Assembly (NCBI GenBank): GCA_036677065.1
Contig: JAKFBS010000002.1
Span: forward strand, 800,001-864,000
Direction: 5' to 3'
Source of the DNA: Bdellovibrio sp.
GTDB taxonomy: Bacteria > Bdellovibrionota > Bdellovibrionia > Bdellovibrionales > Bdellovibrionaceae
DNA: 64,000 nucleotides
The notes under the pieces are model-generated. The model searched no databases and was not told the DNA's origin. It saw only the letters and a list, made by a program, of their open reading frames with translations. The first letter of the stretch is position 1, and every line of letters starts with the position of its first letter. The position numbers and the translations under genes are program-made. Shown here piece after piece: positions 29,746 through 39,131 of the stretch.

Positions 29746-30662
29746 GATTTAATCTCCGCTAAGATCTTTTCGATATTAGCTAGCGCAAGACTGGCCTCTT
29801 CGCCAGTGATGGCTACAGGAACTTCCTTTTTAACAGCGCGAATAAAATGATTAATTTCAAGATTTAGTGAATCCACTTTTTCGATATTGAATTTTTCAGT
29901 CTTATAAAATGGATCACCGGCTTCGCCGGTTAAAATTTCACCTTCAAGAGTTGCGGTATTTACAAAGATCGTGCGATCAGTTTGCACGGCTCGGTAATTA
30001 CGAACAATTGTCGGATTTAAACGTGAATTGTTAATAGTCACTTGCACGCCTGATTTTAACTGTAGGCGCACTGACACATCATCAATCGTGTCTTTAATAA
30101 ATTTATGGCCGTACACCATAAATTTTTCGATATCAGAATTAAATAGATATTGAATCAAATCTAAATCGTGAATCATCAAATCGTGTAACACACTCACATC
30201 AGCACCGCGGGCGCGAAATGGAGCTAAACGGTTAATTTCGAAATATTTAGTTTTAGCCGCTGATTCTTTAACGATTTTATATGACGGGTTAAAACGTTCA
30301 ATATGGCCCACTGAAAACACCACATTGTTAGCTTTTGCTAATGCAGCTAGTTCATACCCCTGCTGGCTAGTTGCTGCGATTGGTTTTTCAACTAACACAG
30401 CGATTTTATTTTTAAGAAAGAATGCAGCTAATTCATAGTGTGCTTGGGTAGCTGCTGCGATAGTCACGAAATCCACTTGTGACGGAATCTCTTCTAAAGT
30501 TTTAAAAGCTTGTACCCCAAGATCGCCGGCGATCTTGTCAGCTTGTGGTGCGTACTGATCAAAAACACCAACTAAGGTGGCGTGTTCAGACGCTTTAACT
30601 TTTTGCGCGTGAAAATTACCTAAATAACCAACACCAATAACGGCACCACGAAGTTTACTCAT
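29742..30662 (-). CDS. Gfo/Idh/MocA oxidoreductase, GnnA-like (UDP-GlcNAc 3-dehydrogenase)
   Basis: GVGYLG, VEKP, GHIERFNP, DLMIHDLD; located between lpxA and lpxB. Confidence 0.75.
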   Translation of the reverse strand: MSKLRGAVIGVGYLGNFHAQKVKASEHATLVGVFDQYAPQADKIAGDLGVQAFKTLEEIPSQVDFVTIAAATQAHYELAAFFLKNKIAVLVEKPIAATSQQGYELAALAKANNVVFSVGHIERFNPSYKIVKESAAKTKYFEINRLAPFRARGADVSVLHDLMIHDLDLIQYLFNSDIEKFMVYGHKFIKDTIDDVSVRLQLKSGVQVTINNSRLNPTIVRNYRAVQTDRTIFVNTATLEGEILTGEAGDPFYKTEKFNIEKVDSLNLEINHFIRAVKKEVPVAITGEEASLALANIEKILAEIKS

Positions 30663-30665
30663 AGA

Positions 30666-31484
30666 CTACTCTTCCATAGACGGGGTAGATGCATTTTGAC
30701 GATGAATGGCAATACCGCGTTTAGATGATCTAACGAAATGAATAAGGGCTGCGATATTTTCTGATTGAGTACATTCGCTTTGAATACGCGCTAACGCCTC
30801 ATCCACTGTACCGTGACCCATGATAATAATACGAATCGCTTTATGAATATTTGAAACTTCTTCTTTAGAAAAACCTTTACGTAAAAGGCCCACTTTATTC
30901 GTTGCACGAACTACCGCGTAGTTACCTTGCGCGCGCGAAAACGGAAGAATATCTTTATTCACAATACTAGAACCCGCCACAAATGAATAACGGCCGATTT
31001 TAGAAAATTGATTAAAGGCACAAACCCCACCAATCACTACGTTGTCTTCAACTTCACAGTGACCACCGAAGTGCGAGTTATTCGCAACGATAACGTTATT
31101 ACCGATTTTGCAATCATGGCCAACATGAGAATACGCCATGAAATAGCAGTTATTCCCGATTTGCGTTGTCGCATCCCCTTTTGAGGTCGCTAAATTGAAT
31201 GTGGTAAATTCGCGAATAACGTTATTATCACCGATGATCAATTTCGTTGGTTCTGATTTATAACTGATATCCTGAGGCGGCCCGCCGATCACTGCGCCCG
31301 GAAGAATATGATTATTCTTTCCGATTTCAACGATTCCATAGCGCGAACCGATCGAACAATGGCCTTCGATAAAAGTGCCTTTGCCGATTTTTACATGACC
31401 TTGAATATTACAGTAAGGTCCGATCTCAACATCTTCGTCTAACTTCACGTCGGCCGAAATGACCGACGATGGATGAATTTTCAT
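30666..31484 (-). CDS. lpxA: Acyl-ACP--UDP-N-acetylglucosamine acyltransferase
   Basis: Hexapeptide repeats, GGPPQD, IREF, MAYSHVGHDC. Confidence 0.93.
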   Translation of the reverse strand: MKIHPSSVISADVKLDEDVEIGPYCNIQGHVKIGKGTFIEGHCSIGSRYGIVEIGKNNHILPGAVIGGPPQDISYKSEPTKLIIGDNNVIREFTTFNLATSKGDATTQIGNNCYFMAYSHVGHDCKIGNNVIVANNSHFGGHCEVEDNVVIGGVCAFNQFSKIGRYSFVAGSSIVNKDILPFSRAQGNYAVVRATNKVGLLRKGFSKEEVSNIHKAIRIIIMGHGTVDEALARIQSECTQSENIAALIHFVRSSKRGIAIHRQNASTPSMEE

Positions 31485-31517
31485 AAGCTAATCTCTGCTG
31501 GTAACGAGTTTTGAAAA

Positions 31518-32039
31518 CTATTTTTCTTTATCAAAAGCAGTTAATACGTCATTTGTAACGTTAACTTCAGTTGAAGCGTAAACTACGATTGGAGTTGCTT
31601 GGCTAGATTGGATAACCATAGAAAGACCTTTGTCTTTAGCAACACGCTCGATAACTTTTTTAATTTTTTCAACAATTGGAGCCACTAAATCATTTTCTTT
31701 TTTAGCTAACTCAGTTTGTGCTTTTTGCGCACCTTGGTTGAATTTCATCATCTCTTCTTGTAATTCCTGAGCTTTTTTACCAAAAGCTTCTTCAGATAAT
31801 ACAGAACGTTTTTTCTCGATATCTTCACGCATTTTTTCGATATCAGCTTTTTTCTTTTCTAATTCTTTGTTCTTTTTTTCTTGGTCTTTTTTAAGTTCTT
31901 CAAAAGCTTTTTTGCCAGATTTAGAATTTTTGATAACTTCTTGTACGTCGACAAAGCCCATTTTAAATTCAGCGTGAGCTGACATAGCTACCATCATTAC
32001 TAAAGCGGTGATCAAAGTTGTTAACATATTTCTTTTCAT
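31518..32039 (-). CDS. skp: Periplasmic chaperone Skp/OmpH
   Basis: Signal peptide, KMGFVDVQ, coiled-coil body; follows bamA. Confidence 0.9.
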   Translation of the reverse strand: MKRNMLTTLITALVMMVAMSAHAEFKMGFVDVQEVIKNSKSGKKAFEELKKDQEKKNKELEKKKADIEKMREDIEKKRSVLSEEAFGKKAQELQEEMMKFNQGAQKAQTELAKKENDLVAPIVEKIKKVIERVAKDKGLSMVIQSSQATPIVVYASTEVNVTNDVLTAFDKEK

Positions 32040-32081
32040 AATTTCTCCCTTTAAAGTTGTTAAACTTGTTTTAAATATAAA

Positions 32082-34454
32082 TTAGAACGGAGGACCAATC
32101 GAGAACTCAAAGTTAACTGAGTCGCCATTGAATTCATCCGTTTGTAATGGCCAACCCCACTCGAAGCGTAAAATACCGAGCGGTGACTTCCATCTAAAAC
32201 CAATACCAATATCACTTAAAAATTTCGATGAAGCGATATCATCTTCAGCCTGACCGATATCGTAGAAACCGACTCCGCTTAATCCCGCTTCTTTAATTAA
32301 CGGAAACTGCAATTCAGTTTGGAATAACACTTGTTTAGTACCGCCGACGATTAAGTTAGCGGCCTTGCGCGCATCTTCTTCTGAAATACCTGCACGGTAA
32401 AACGGTGATGACGTGTCGTTTTTGATGGCGTTATAGCGAAGATCAGAAAACACACGTTTACCAACGCCAGAAGAACCGAAACCACGTAATGTGTACGGAC
32501 CACCTAATTGATAAGTTTCACTGAACGGAACTGATCCGCCCTTTTCGATCGGTTGAATGTTTGAGTAAGAAAGATTATTTCTCCAAACCACATCCCAGAA
32601 TAAATTATGGAAAAATTTAAAGCGTCCTGAAAACTCTTGGTATTTTAAATCGCCGCCAAAACCTGTGCGTTCGTAACTGATATCTGTGTAGATACCTTTT
32701 GACGGCTCTTGACGGTCATTACGATTATCAAACTCTAATGTACCTTGCATAGCCGATGTGATCCCGCGTGCTGTGTCTAACGGAAAAATCAATGGGTCTG
32801 TGTTTTCATTTTCAAAAAGCTCTGTTTTATCTAAACGGTATCTTAAGTACGCACGCGTATAATCACCATACACGGGATGACCGAAACGTAAGTTTCCGCC
32901 GGTTTTACGGATGTCGTAATTAATTCTGGCTTTATTTTCGATGTAAAACACATCAAACCCTGAAGACCATTTTGTATCTAAGAAATAAGGATCTGTAAGA
33001 CCTAATTTGTAATCCTGACGGTTTTTAGAAGCATCAATACGTGCCTCTAACGATTGGCCCAAACCACGAAAGTTATTCTGCTGAACCGATCCACCTAAAC
33101 TGAAGCCCTGGGTATTACCATAAGCTGCCGTTAATTGAATTTGCCCGGTGTTACGCTCTTTAACTACTACTTCGATATTTAATTGATCTGGTTTTTCAGG
33201 AGGCGTGCTGGTTTTAAAGTTTACTTCTTCAAAAAAACCTAAACGCTGAATGTTTTCTTGCGATAGACGTTTGCGTGTTTCGTTGTAAAGTTCACCCTCT
33301 TCGATTTTTAATTCGCGGCGAACTACTTTATCACGAGTTTTTGAATTTCCGGTAACAATGATATCGCCGAAGTAAACTTTGTTACCTTTTTCAAATTCAA
33401 ACACTAAATCGACTTTTTTATCTGAATCACGAAAGTTATAACGTGGAATTACGTTGGCAAAGGCGTAACCAAGATCGCCGTATTTCGCCTGAAGGTCTGT
33501 GATATCTTTACGCATCACTTCGACAGAGAAAATGCCGTTATCTTTGATTTTTACCGCATCGTAAAGTTCAGATTTCGGAAACAATAAGTCTCCTGCGAAA
33601 TCAACTTCACCAACGTAGTACTGTTCACCCTCAGAGATGTGGTAAGTGATGTAAATTGATTTTTTATCCGGAGTTACTGTCACTAATGGACGGTCGATCT
33701 TAACTTGCAAGAAACCTTGGTTCCAGTAGATGTACTTTAAAACCTGCAAGTCTTGGTCAAACGCTTCTTGTTTGAAAGAGCCTGAATTAGACATGCCTGA
33801 GAAAAAACCTGCTTCTTTAGTAAATAAGCGTTCTTTTAACTGGTTATCTTTTAAAATTTTATTACCGATAAAAGTCATTTTTTTAACTTTTACTTTATCA
33901 TTTTCAGTAATCACAAACTTAACACGCACGGTTTCACCGGCTGTTACGTCTTCAATCACGGGTTCGATTTTAACCAGGTAATACCCTTTTTCTTCGTAGT
34001 ATTTTAATAACTTTTCAACCGCCGATTGGATTTTTGCGTTATTAACAACTTCAAAAGCTTTTAAGCCTGACTGCGTTTCTAAGTCTTCAGATTTAATTTC
34101 TGATTGCCCTTCGAAGACGATTTCAGCCACGATTGGTTTTTCGATAATTTTGTAAACTAGTTTCAAACCCTTAGCTGTGTTTTCTTTTAAGACCTCAACT
34201 TGAATAAAATAAGTCATCGCAAATAAATTTTGGATGTCTTGTTTTACGTTTTGTGGATCAAAAGATGAACCTACTTTAGAAACTAGTTTTGCTAAAACCG
34301 CATCTTTTTCGATTTTTTTAAGACCTTGGATTTCGATTTCAGCAACCGCTGGTTTGCTTGTCTGCGACGAGGCAACCTGAGCCATAAAAATGCCCGTGGT
34401 GAAAATCATGATGGAGAATAAAAAGCTCAGTTGTTTTAATAAGTTATTTAACAC
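32082..34454 (-). CDS. bamA: Outer membrane protein assembly factor BamA
   Basis: POTRA repeats (GNSKTRDKVVRRE, LGFFEEV), NFRGLGQ, LRGF, WKSPLG, C-terminal FEFSIGPPF. Confidence 0.95.
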   Translation of the reverse strand: MLNNLLKQLSFLFSIMIFTTGIFMAQVASSQTSKPAVAEIEIQGLKKIEKDAVLAKLVSKVGSSFDPQNVKQDIQNLFAMTYFIQVEVLKENTAKGLKLVYKIIEKPIVAEIVFEGQSEIKSEDLETQSGLKAFEVVNNAKIQSAVEKLLKYYEEKGYYLVKIEPVIEDVTAGETVRVKFVITENDKVKVKKMTFIGNKILKDNQLKERLFTKEAGFFSGMSNSGSFKQEAFDQDLQVLKYIYWNQGFLQVKIDRPLVTVTPDKKSIYITYHISEGEQYYVGEVDFAGDLLFPKSELYDAVKIKDNGIFSVEVMRKDITDLQAKYGDLGYAFANVIPRYNFRDSDKKVDLVFEFEKGNKVYFGDIIVTGNSKTRDKVVRRELKIEEGELYNETRKRLSQENIQRLGFFEEVNFKTSTPPEKPDQLNIEVVVKERNTGQIQLTAAYGNTQGFSLGGSVQQNNFRGLGQSLEARIDASKNRQDYKLGLTDPYFLDTKWSSGFDVFYIENKARINYDIRKTGGNLRFGHPVYGDYTRAYLRYRLDKTELFENENTDPLIFPLDTARGITSAMQGTLEFDNRNDRQEPSKGIYTDISYERTGFGGDLKYQEFSGRFKFFHNLFWDVVWRNNLSYSNIQPIEKGGSVPFSETYQLGGPYTLRGFGSSGVGKRVFSDLRYNAIKNDTSSPFYRAGISEEDARKAANLIVGGTKQVLFQTELQFPLIKEAGLSGVGFYDIGQAEDDIASSKFLSDIGIGFRWKSPLGILRFEWGWPLQTDEFNGDSVNFEFSIGPPF

Positions 34455-34474
34455 CAGAAAAGGCTAGCTAGACT

Positions 34475-35143
34475 TTAGTTTGATGTCAAATAGCCATCTT
34501 TCATTCGGTAGATTTTCGAAAACGCCTGCGCAAATTGCAGGTCATGAGTTACGACGATCAAAGTCAATCCGAGCTTTTTTTGCAACTCAAAGAATAGGGT
34601 CTGGATCTTCGCCGAATTTTCTGAATCTAAATTACCCGTAGGCTCATCTGCCAACAAAATGCGCGGATTACGAATCAACGCCCTAGCAATAGCTACTCTT
34701 TGCAGCTCTCCACCACTTAATTGGTTCGGATAATGACTGGCGCGATCTGCTAAGCCCATAAACTCTAGCCATTCTATGGCTTTTTGTTTCGTCTCTTCAC
34801 GCGGAAGTTTTGCCAATAAGCCTGGCAACATGACGTTTTCTAATGCACTTAATTCATGAATGAGATGATGAAATTGAAATACAAACCCCATTGTCTCGTT
34901 GCGAAATAAAGCCAACTGATCATCGTTTTTTTCAAACAATGAAGCCCCTTCAAAAAGCACTTCGCCCTCAGTTGGGCGATCTAAGGTTCCTAAAATTTGT
35001 AAAAGGGTAGATTTTCCGGCTCCAGAAGAACCCAACAAACACACCGCTTCGCCAGCCTGAATATTTAAATCCACACCACGAAGAACTGAAACATGTGAGC
35101 TACCTGTGATATAGTTTTTTCGTAAACCTTGAACTTGTATCAT
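34475..35143 (-). CDS. lolD: Lipoprotein-releasing ABC transporter ATPase
   Basis: GSSGAGKST, GFVFQFHHL, LSGGELQRVAIARAL, ADEPTGNLD. Confidence 0.9.
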   Translation of the reverse strand: MIQVQGLRKNYITGSSHVSVLRGVDLNIQAGEAVCLLGSSGAGKSTLLQILGTLDRPTEGEVLFEGASLFEKNDDQLALFRNETMGFVFQFHHLIHELSALENVMLPGLLAKLPREETKQKAIEWLEFMGLADRASHYPNQLSGGELQRVAIARALIRNPRILLADEPTGNLDSENSAKIQTLFFELQKKLGLTLIVVTHDLQFAQAFSKIYRMKDGYLTSN

Positions 35144-36369
35144 TAGTCCTCCCGTAATCCTTCAACCACTGTAAGCAGGCTGCCTTTGCGAGCTGGCGGA
35201 TAAGTCGCCAATAAACATGCAAATGTTGTCGCAATAAAAATTAAAAAGAAATCAATCCAGCTTAATTGAATATCAATGCGATCGATTTTATAAACTGAAC
35301 CAGATATCAAAGGGTATTGTGATTGCAGAAACATAAACCCTTGCGACAATAAATAACCGGTTATAAATCCGCACAAACACCCTAAACAAGCGACGAAAAG
35401 CCCCTGCATGACAAAAATAATCTGAATATTTCTTTGCGTTGAACCTAACGCTTTTAAAATCGCGATATCTTGATAACGCTGACGAATTAAAACATATAAC
35501 GTGCTTGAAATATTAAAAGCTGCAACAACCACAATTAAAAATACGACGAAAAAAATCACAACACTTTCGTATTTAACCGCTTTGAATAGATTCTTGTTCA
35601 CTTCATACCAATTAAGCACTGCATAACGAGAACCCAGTTCATTTTCGATTTTATGTGACAATTCTGGGGCATATTCAGAATCTTCGATTTTTACAAAAGC
35701 CCCTGTGTAACGATCGCCGATTTGAGTCAGCTCTTGAAAGTCTGGCAAATGCGATAGAATTAACCGTTCGTTCCAATCATTTTTACCAAAATCTAAAATC
35801 GCTGAAATCTTAAAGGCCTTAGCTTGGCGCTTAAAATTATCATCTTCAAAAGGCGTCGCTAAAGACACAGCTAAATACACTTCATCATTAAGTTTTAAAC
35901 TGTAACGTTTAGCTAAACCTTGGCCGATGGCGATAGTTCCGGCCGGAGACTGCAATGTTCCTTCACGCACGCGTGAGTTTAAATTTAAAATTTCACGAAC
36001 TTGATCAAAATCAAAACCTTGAATTAAAACGCCAGAAACTTTTCCTTTTGAGGCGATCACAGCTTCGGTGTAAGCAAAGCGTGCGATTTTTTGAATGCTT
36101 GGATCAATTTTTTGAATGTCGGCCGCAAACTCATCCCAGCTTTCGATCAATTTACCTTTTTTAATAATTTGAATATCACTGGTGACATCAATCATGGCCT
36201 GTTTTAATGAATTTTCAAAACCACGCATCACTGACATACTGGCAACTAATGCGGCTACACCTAAAACTAATCCCAAAAATGACAACGGTGCAGAACCACC
36301 GAATAAAATTTGTTTATTAAACAGCAAGCGTCCCGATAACCAAAATTTAAATTTTAAATCTCTAAACAT
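35143..36369 (-). CDS. Lipoprotein-releasing ABC transporter permease LolC/E
   Basis: GVAALVASMSVMRGF, VAAFNISSTL, DIAILKALG, YPPARKG; start probably ATG 36369. Confidence 0.88.
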   Translation of the reverse strand: MFRDLKFKFWLSGRLLFNKQILFGGSAPLSFLGLVLGVAALVASMSVMRGFENSLKQAMIDVTSDIQIIKKGKLIESWDEFAADIQKIDPSIQKIARFAYTEAVIASKGKVSGVLIQGFDFDQVREILNLNSRVREGTLQSPAGTIAIGQGLAKRYSLKLNDEVYLAVSLATPFEDDNFKRQAKAFKISAILDFGKNDWNERLILSHLPDFQELTQIGDRYTGAFVKIEDSEYAPELSHKIENELGSRYAVLNWYEVNKNLFKAVKYESVVIFFVVFLIVVVAAFNISSTLYVLIRQRYQDIAILKALGSTQRNIQIIFVMQGLFVACLGCLCGFITGYLLSQGFMFLQSQYPLISGSVYKIDRIDIQLSWIDFFLIFIATTFACLLATYPPARKGSLLTVVEGLRED

Positions 36370-37514
36370 CTGAGTCTGCCTCAGCATTTTGCCCCAGAGT
36401 TCCGTGAATTTGGGCTTTTAAATACTCCATAACAAAATCAGAAAATTCGCCGTTCATGACTTTATCAACCTGATTTGTGCTATAACCGGTGCGGTGATCT
36501 TTAACTAGCTGATACGGATGCATCACATAAGATCTGATTTGCGAACCCCACTCGTTGGCTTTTTTTGTGGAATTCATGGCATCTTTTTCTTTATTTCTTT
36601 TTTCGACTTCTTTTTCGTAAAGAGCTGCTTTTAACATCTTCATAGCTTTTTCACGATTTTGAACCTGCGAACGTTGTTGCTGTGAAGCCACCACTATGCC
36701 TGAAGGTCTATGACGGATTCTCACTGCCGAATCCGTTTTATTAACGTGCTGTCCGCCAGCGCCGCTTGAGCGGTAAGTTTCTACATCAATATCATCGGTT
36801 TTAACTTCGATTTGAATGTCATCGTCGACTTCGGCCCAAACAAACACTGATGCAAAAGAAGTATGGCGTCTGGCATTAGAATCAAACGGAGAAATACGCA
36901 CTAAACGATGCACTCCGGATTCAGCTTTTAAATAACCATAGGCATATTCACCAGAGATTAAAAGCGTGCAAGATTTAATACCTGCACCTTCACCGTCGGT
37001 CATATCTAAAATTTCACATTTATAACCCTGCTTTTCAGCGTAGCGGGTGTACATGCGAAGGAGCATTTCGGCCCAGTCACAGCTTTCTGTTCCGCCAGCA
37101 CCAGAGTTAATTGATAAATACGTATTATTGGCATCAAGCTCGCCGCTTAATACTTTTTGTAATTCTAATTGTTCGCCGATTTTTTGAACGGCGTTTAGCT
37201 CTGCTTTAACTTCTTTAAATGAAGCTTCATCGTGGGCATCAACGGCCATCTCTAAAAGCACTTTGGCATCAGCAAAACGATTAGAAAATTGATTCCATTC
37301 GCCGAAGGCCTTTTCAAGTAAAGTTTTTTCTTTATTGTGCTTTTGCATTTCGGCAGGCTTGTTCCAAAGTTCTGGATTTTCTGCCGCCATCGCTAGTTCT
37401 TCGAGGCGTTTTTTCTTGCGATCAAGGTCAAAGGTACCCCCGAAGCTCTACAGAAAACTGATCCAGTTCTGTAATTTGTTTTTTAACTTCGGATAATTCA
37501 GTAACTATTGACAT
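36362..37514 (-). CDS. prfB: Peptide chain release factor 2, translated via +1 programmed frameshift
   Basis: ORF1 from ATG 37514 reads MSIVTELSEVKKQITELDQFSVELRGYL, then CTT TGA C. The +1 frame continues DLDRKKKRLEELAMAAENP... and contains SPF and GGQ motifs. Confidence 0.96.
37427..37442 (-). other. prfB +1 ribosomal frameshift site
   Basis: Minus strand CGGGGG-TAC-CTT-TGA-C: internal SD-like run, slippery CUU-U codon and UGA-C stop. Confidence 0.95.
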
Positions 37515-37522
37515 AACACTAG

Positions 37523-37550
37523 AGTCTAGATTGATTTTTTAAGCTGTCAA
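37523..37550 (-). promoter_or_regulatory. sigma70-like promoter of prfB and the downstream envelope operon
   Basis: TTGACA-N16-TAGACT, 8 nt before ATG 37514. Confidence 0.6.
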
Positions 37551-37979
37551 CTGCTCGAATAATGCATCTTGAATGCGAAACATCAACTTTTCTTCGGCTT
37601 TTGATAGCTCGTGGTCGTAACCTAAAAGGTGTAAAACGCCATGAATCAACATGTATAGAAATTCGTTTTCTAACGAATGATCTTGCTCTTTCGCTTGTTT
37701 TTTTAGCACATCGAGACAAAAAAGAAGCTCTCCGAGAGAGTCTTTTTCCATAGAGGCAAAACTTAGAACATCTGTTGCCTTATTTTTGCCGCGAAATTGT
37801 TTATTTATTTTTTTCATCTCTTTGGAATCTAAAAACACAAGAGTGATTGTTTTGGCTTTTAATTGCTTTTGATTGCGTACCTTAGTTTTGCCAAGGCCAC
37901 GCACGACAGCATCAAGCATGGCCTGAATTTTCTTCTGGTGCGTTCTACTTTTTGACTGATTGACAACCTGAGCTTCCAT
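37539..37979 (-). CDS. ybeY: rRNA maturation endoribonuclease YbeY
   Basis: NKQFRGKNKATDVLSF, LGEL, HGVLHLLGYDH. Confidence 0.95.
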   Translation of the reverse strand: MEAQVVNQSKSRTHQKKIQAMLDAVVRGLGKTKVRNQKQLKAKTITLVFLDSKEMKKINKQFRGKNKATDVLSFASMEKDSLGELLFCLDVLKKQAKEQDHSLENEFLYMLIHGVLHLLGYDHELSKAEEKLMFRIQDALFEQLTA

Positions 37980-37994
37980 ATTTTCAAATACAGC

Positions 37995-38792
37995 ATGCCA
38001 ATTCCTCCAAAAAATCTCAATGAATTTTCAAGTTTACTTCAACTTATGCGCGATTTACGCGGGCCAGATGGCTGCCCGTGGGATAAAGAGCAGACGCACC
38101 TGTCACTTGCACCCTACGCGATCGAAGAAACCTTTGAGATGGTCGAAGCCCTAGAAAAACAAGATGATGCTGAATTTTGCGAAGAACTGGGCGATGTGCT
38201 TTTTCAGGTGGTTTTACATGCCCAGCTTGCGACCGAACGTAAAGCTTTTGATATCACTGATGTAATCACTTCTATTTCAGAAAAACTGGTGCGCAGACAT
38301 CCGCATGTTTTTTCAGAAGTTAAAGTCAGCGGCTCTGACGAAGTGATTAAAAACTGGAACGACATCAAAGCTAAAGAAAAAGCTGGCAAAGTAAAACCGG
38401 TATTTAGCTTACCTAAAGGACTTCCAGCTTTACCGACGGCAGAAAAAATCGGAAGCAAAACTGAGAAATTAAAATTTGACTGGTCAGAAGCAAAACAAGT
38501 GCTGGCACAGTTAAAATCAGAAATCGCAGAGCTTGAAGAAGAAATGAATCGCGCTGAAACCGACACTGGATCACTAGATCACGAAATGGGTGATGTTTTA
38601 TTTTCAGCAGCACAGCTTGCAAGGCATCTGAAATTAGATGCCGAAAGCTCTCTGCGCAGAGCTAATTTGCGCTTTCAAAAACGTTTTAACCAAATGCTTT
38701 CTTATTGCGAAAATGATGTCGATAAATTCACAGCCTTAAGCTCTGAAAACAAAGAACAGCTCTGGAGCAGAGCTAAAAAAGAATTGTCATAG
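37995..38792 (+). CDS. mazG: Nucleoside triphosphate pyrophosphohydrolase MazG
   Basis: LRGPDGCPWDKEQT, EELGDVLFQV, RRHPHVF, second EMGDVLF domain. Confidence 0.95.
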   Translation: MPIPPKNLNEFSSLLQLMRDLRGPDGCPWDKEQTHLSLAPYAIEETFEMVEALEKQDDAEFCEELGDVLFQVVLHAQLATERKAFDITDVITSISEKLVRRHPHVFSEVKVSGSDEVIKNWNDIKAKEKAGKVKPVFSLPKGLPALPTAEKIGSKTEKLKFDWSEAKQVLAQLKSEIAELEEEMNRAETDTGSLDHEMGDVLFSAAQLARHLKLDAESSLRRANLRFQKRFNQMLSYCENDVDKFTALSSENKEQLWSRAKKELS

Positions 38793-39078
38793 TTAAAAAA
38801 AGATCAAAATCGTATTTCAATTTTTCTGTCTAAAGTTTTTTCAAAAAAAATGACTCTTAATATTATCAAATTCACGGCAGTGTTATTTTTTACCTATACT
38901 GTCAAAGAACTTGACGCACAAAAAAATATTTTCACCTGCAAAAAATATTTTTTTCAAGCTTTTCGCGTATTTAGCGTGTCTCAAAATAGCCCGGCAGTTT
39001 TTATTCACCAGACATAATCAACACTTACGGGCTCGTTCGCGGTTCGTTTAGCGCCAATCTATTCTAATTTCACGGATT

Positions 39079-39105
39079 TAATTATTTTATATCACTGGAC
39101 GATAA
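39079..39105 (+). promoter_or_regulatory. sigma28 (FliA)-like promoter of the gliding operon
   Basis: TAAT-N15-GACGATAA; shares GGACGATAATCTA with the fibre gene promoter; AGGAG SD precedes ATG 39132. Confidence 0.65.
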
Positions 39106-39131
39106 TCTAGTAGCAATACAAGGAGAACAAA

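Noticed and set aside
36362..37514. prfB as a truncated gene or pseudogene (track start 37390; in-frame TGA)
   Set aside because: The canonical RF2 programmed frameshift signal explains the split.
37995..38792. mazG as part of a toxin-antitoxin or anti-phage module
   Set aside because: It is the ordinary two-domain housekeeping type next to ybeY, with no mazEF or defence neighbours.
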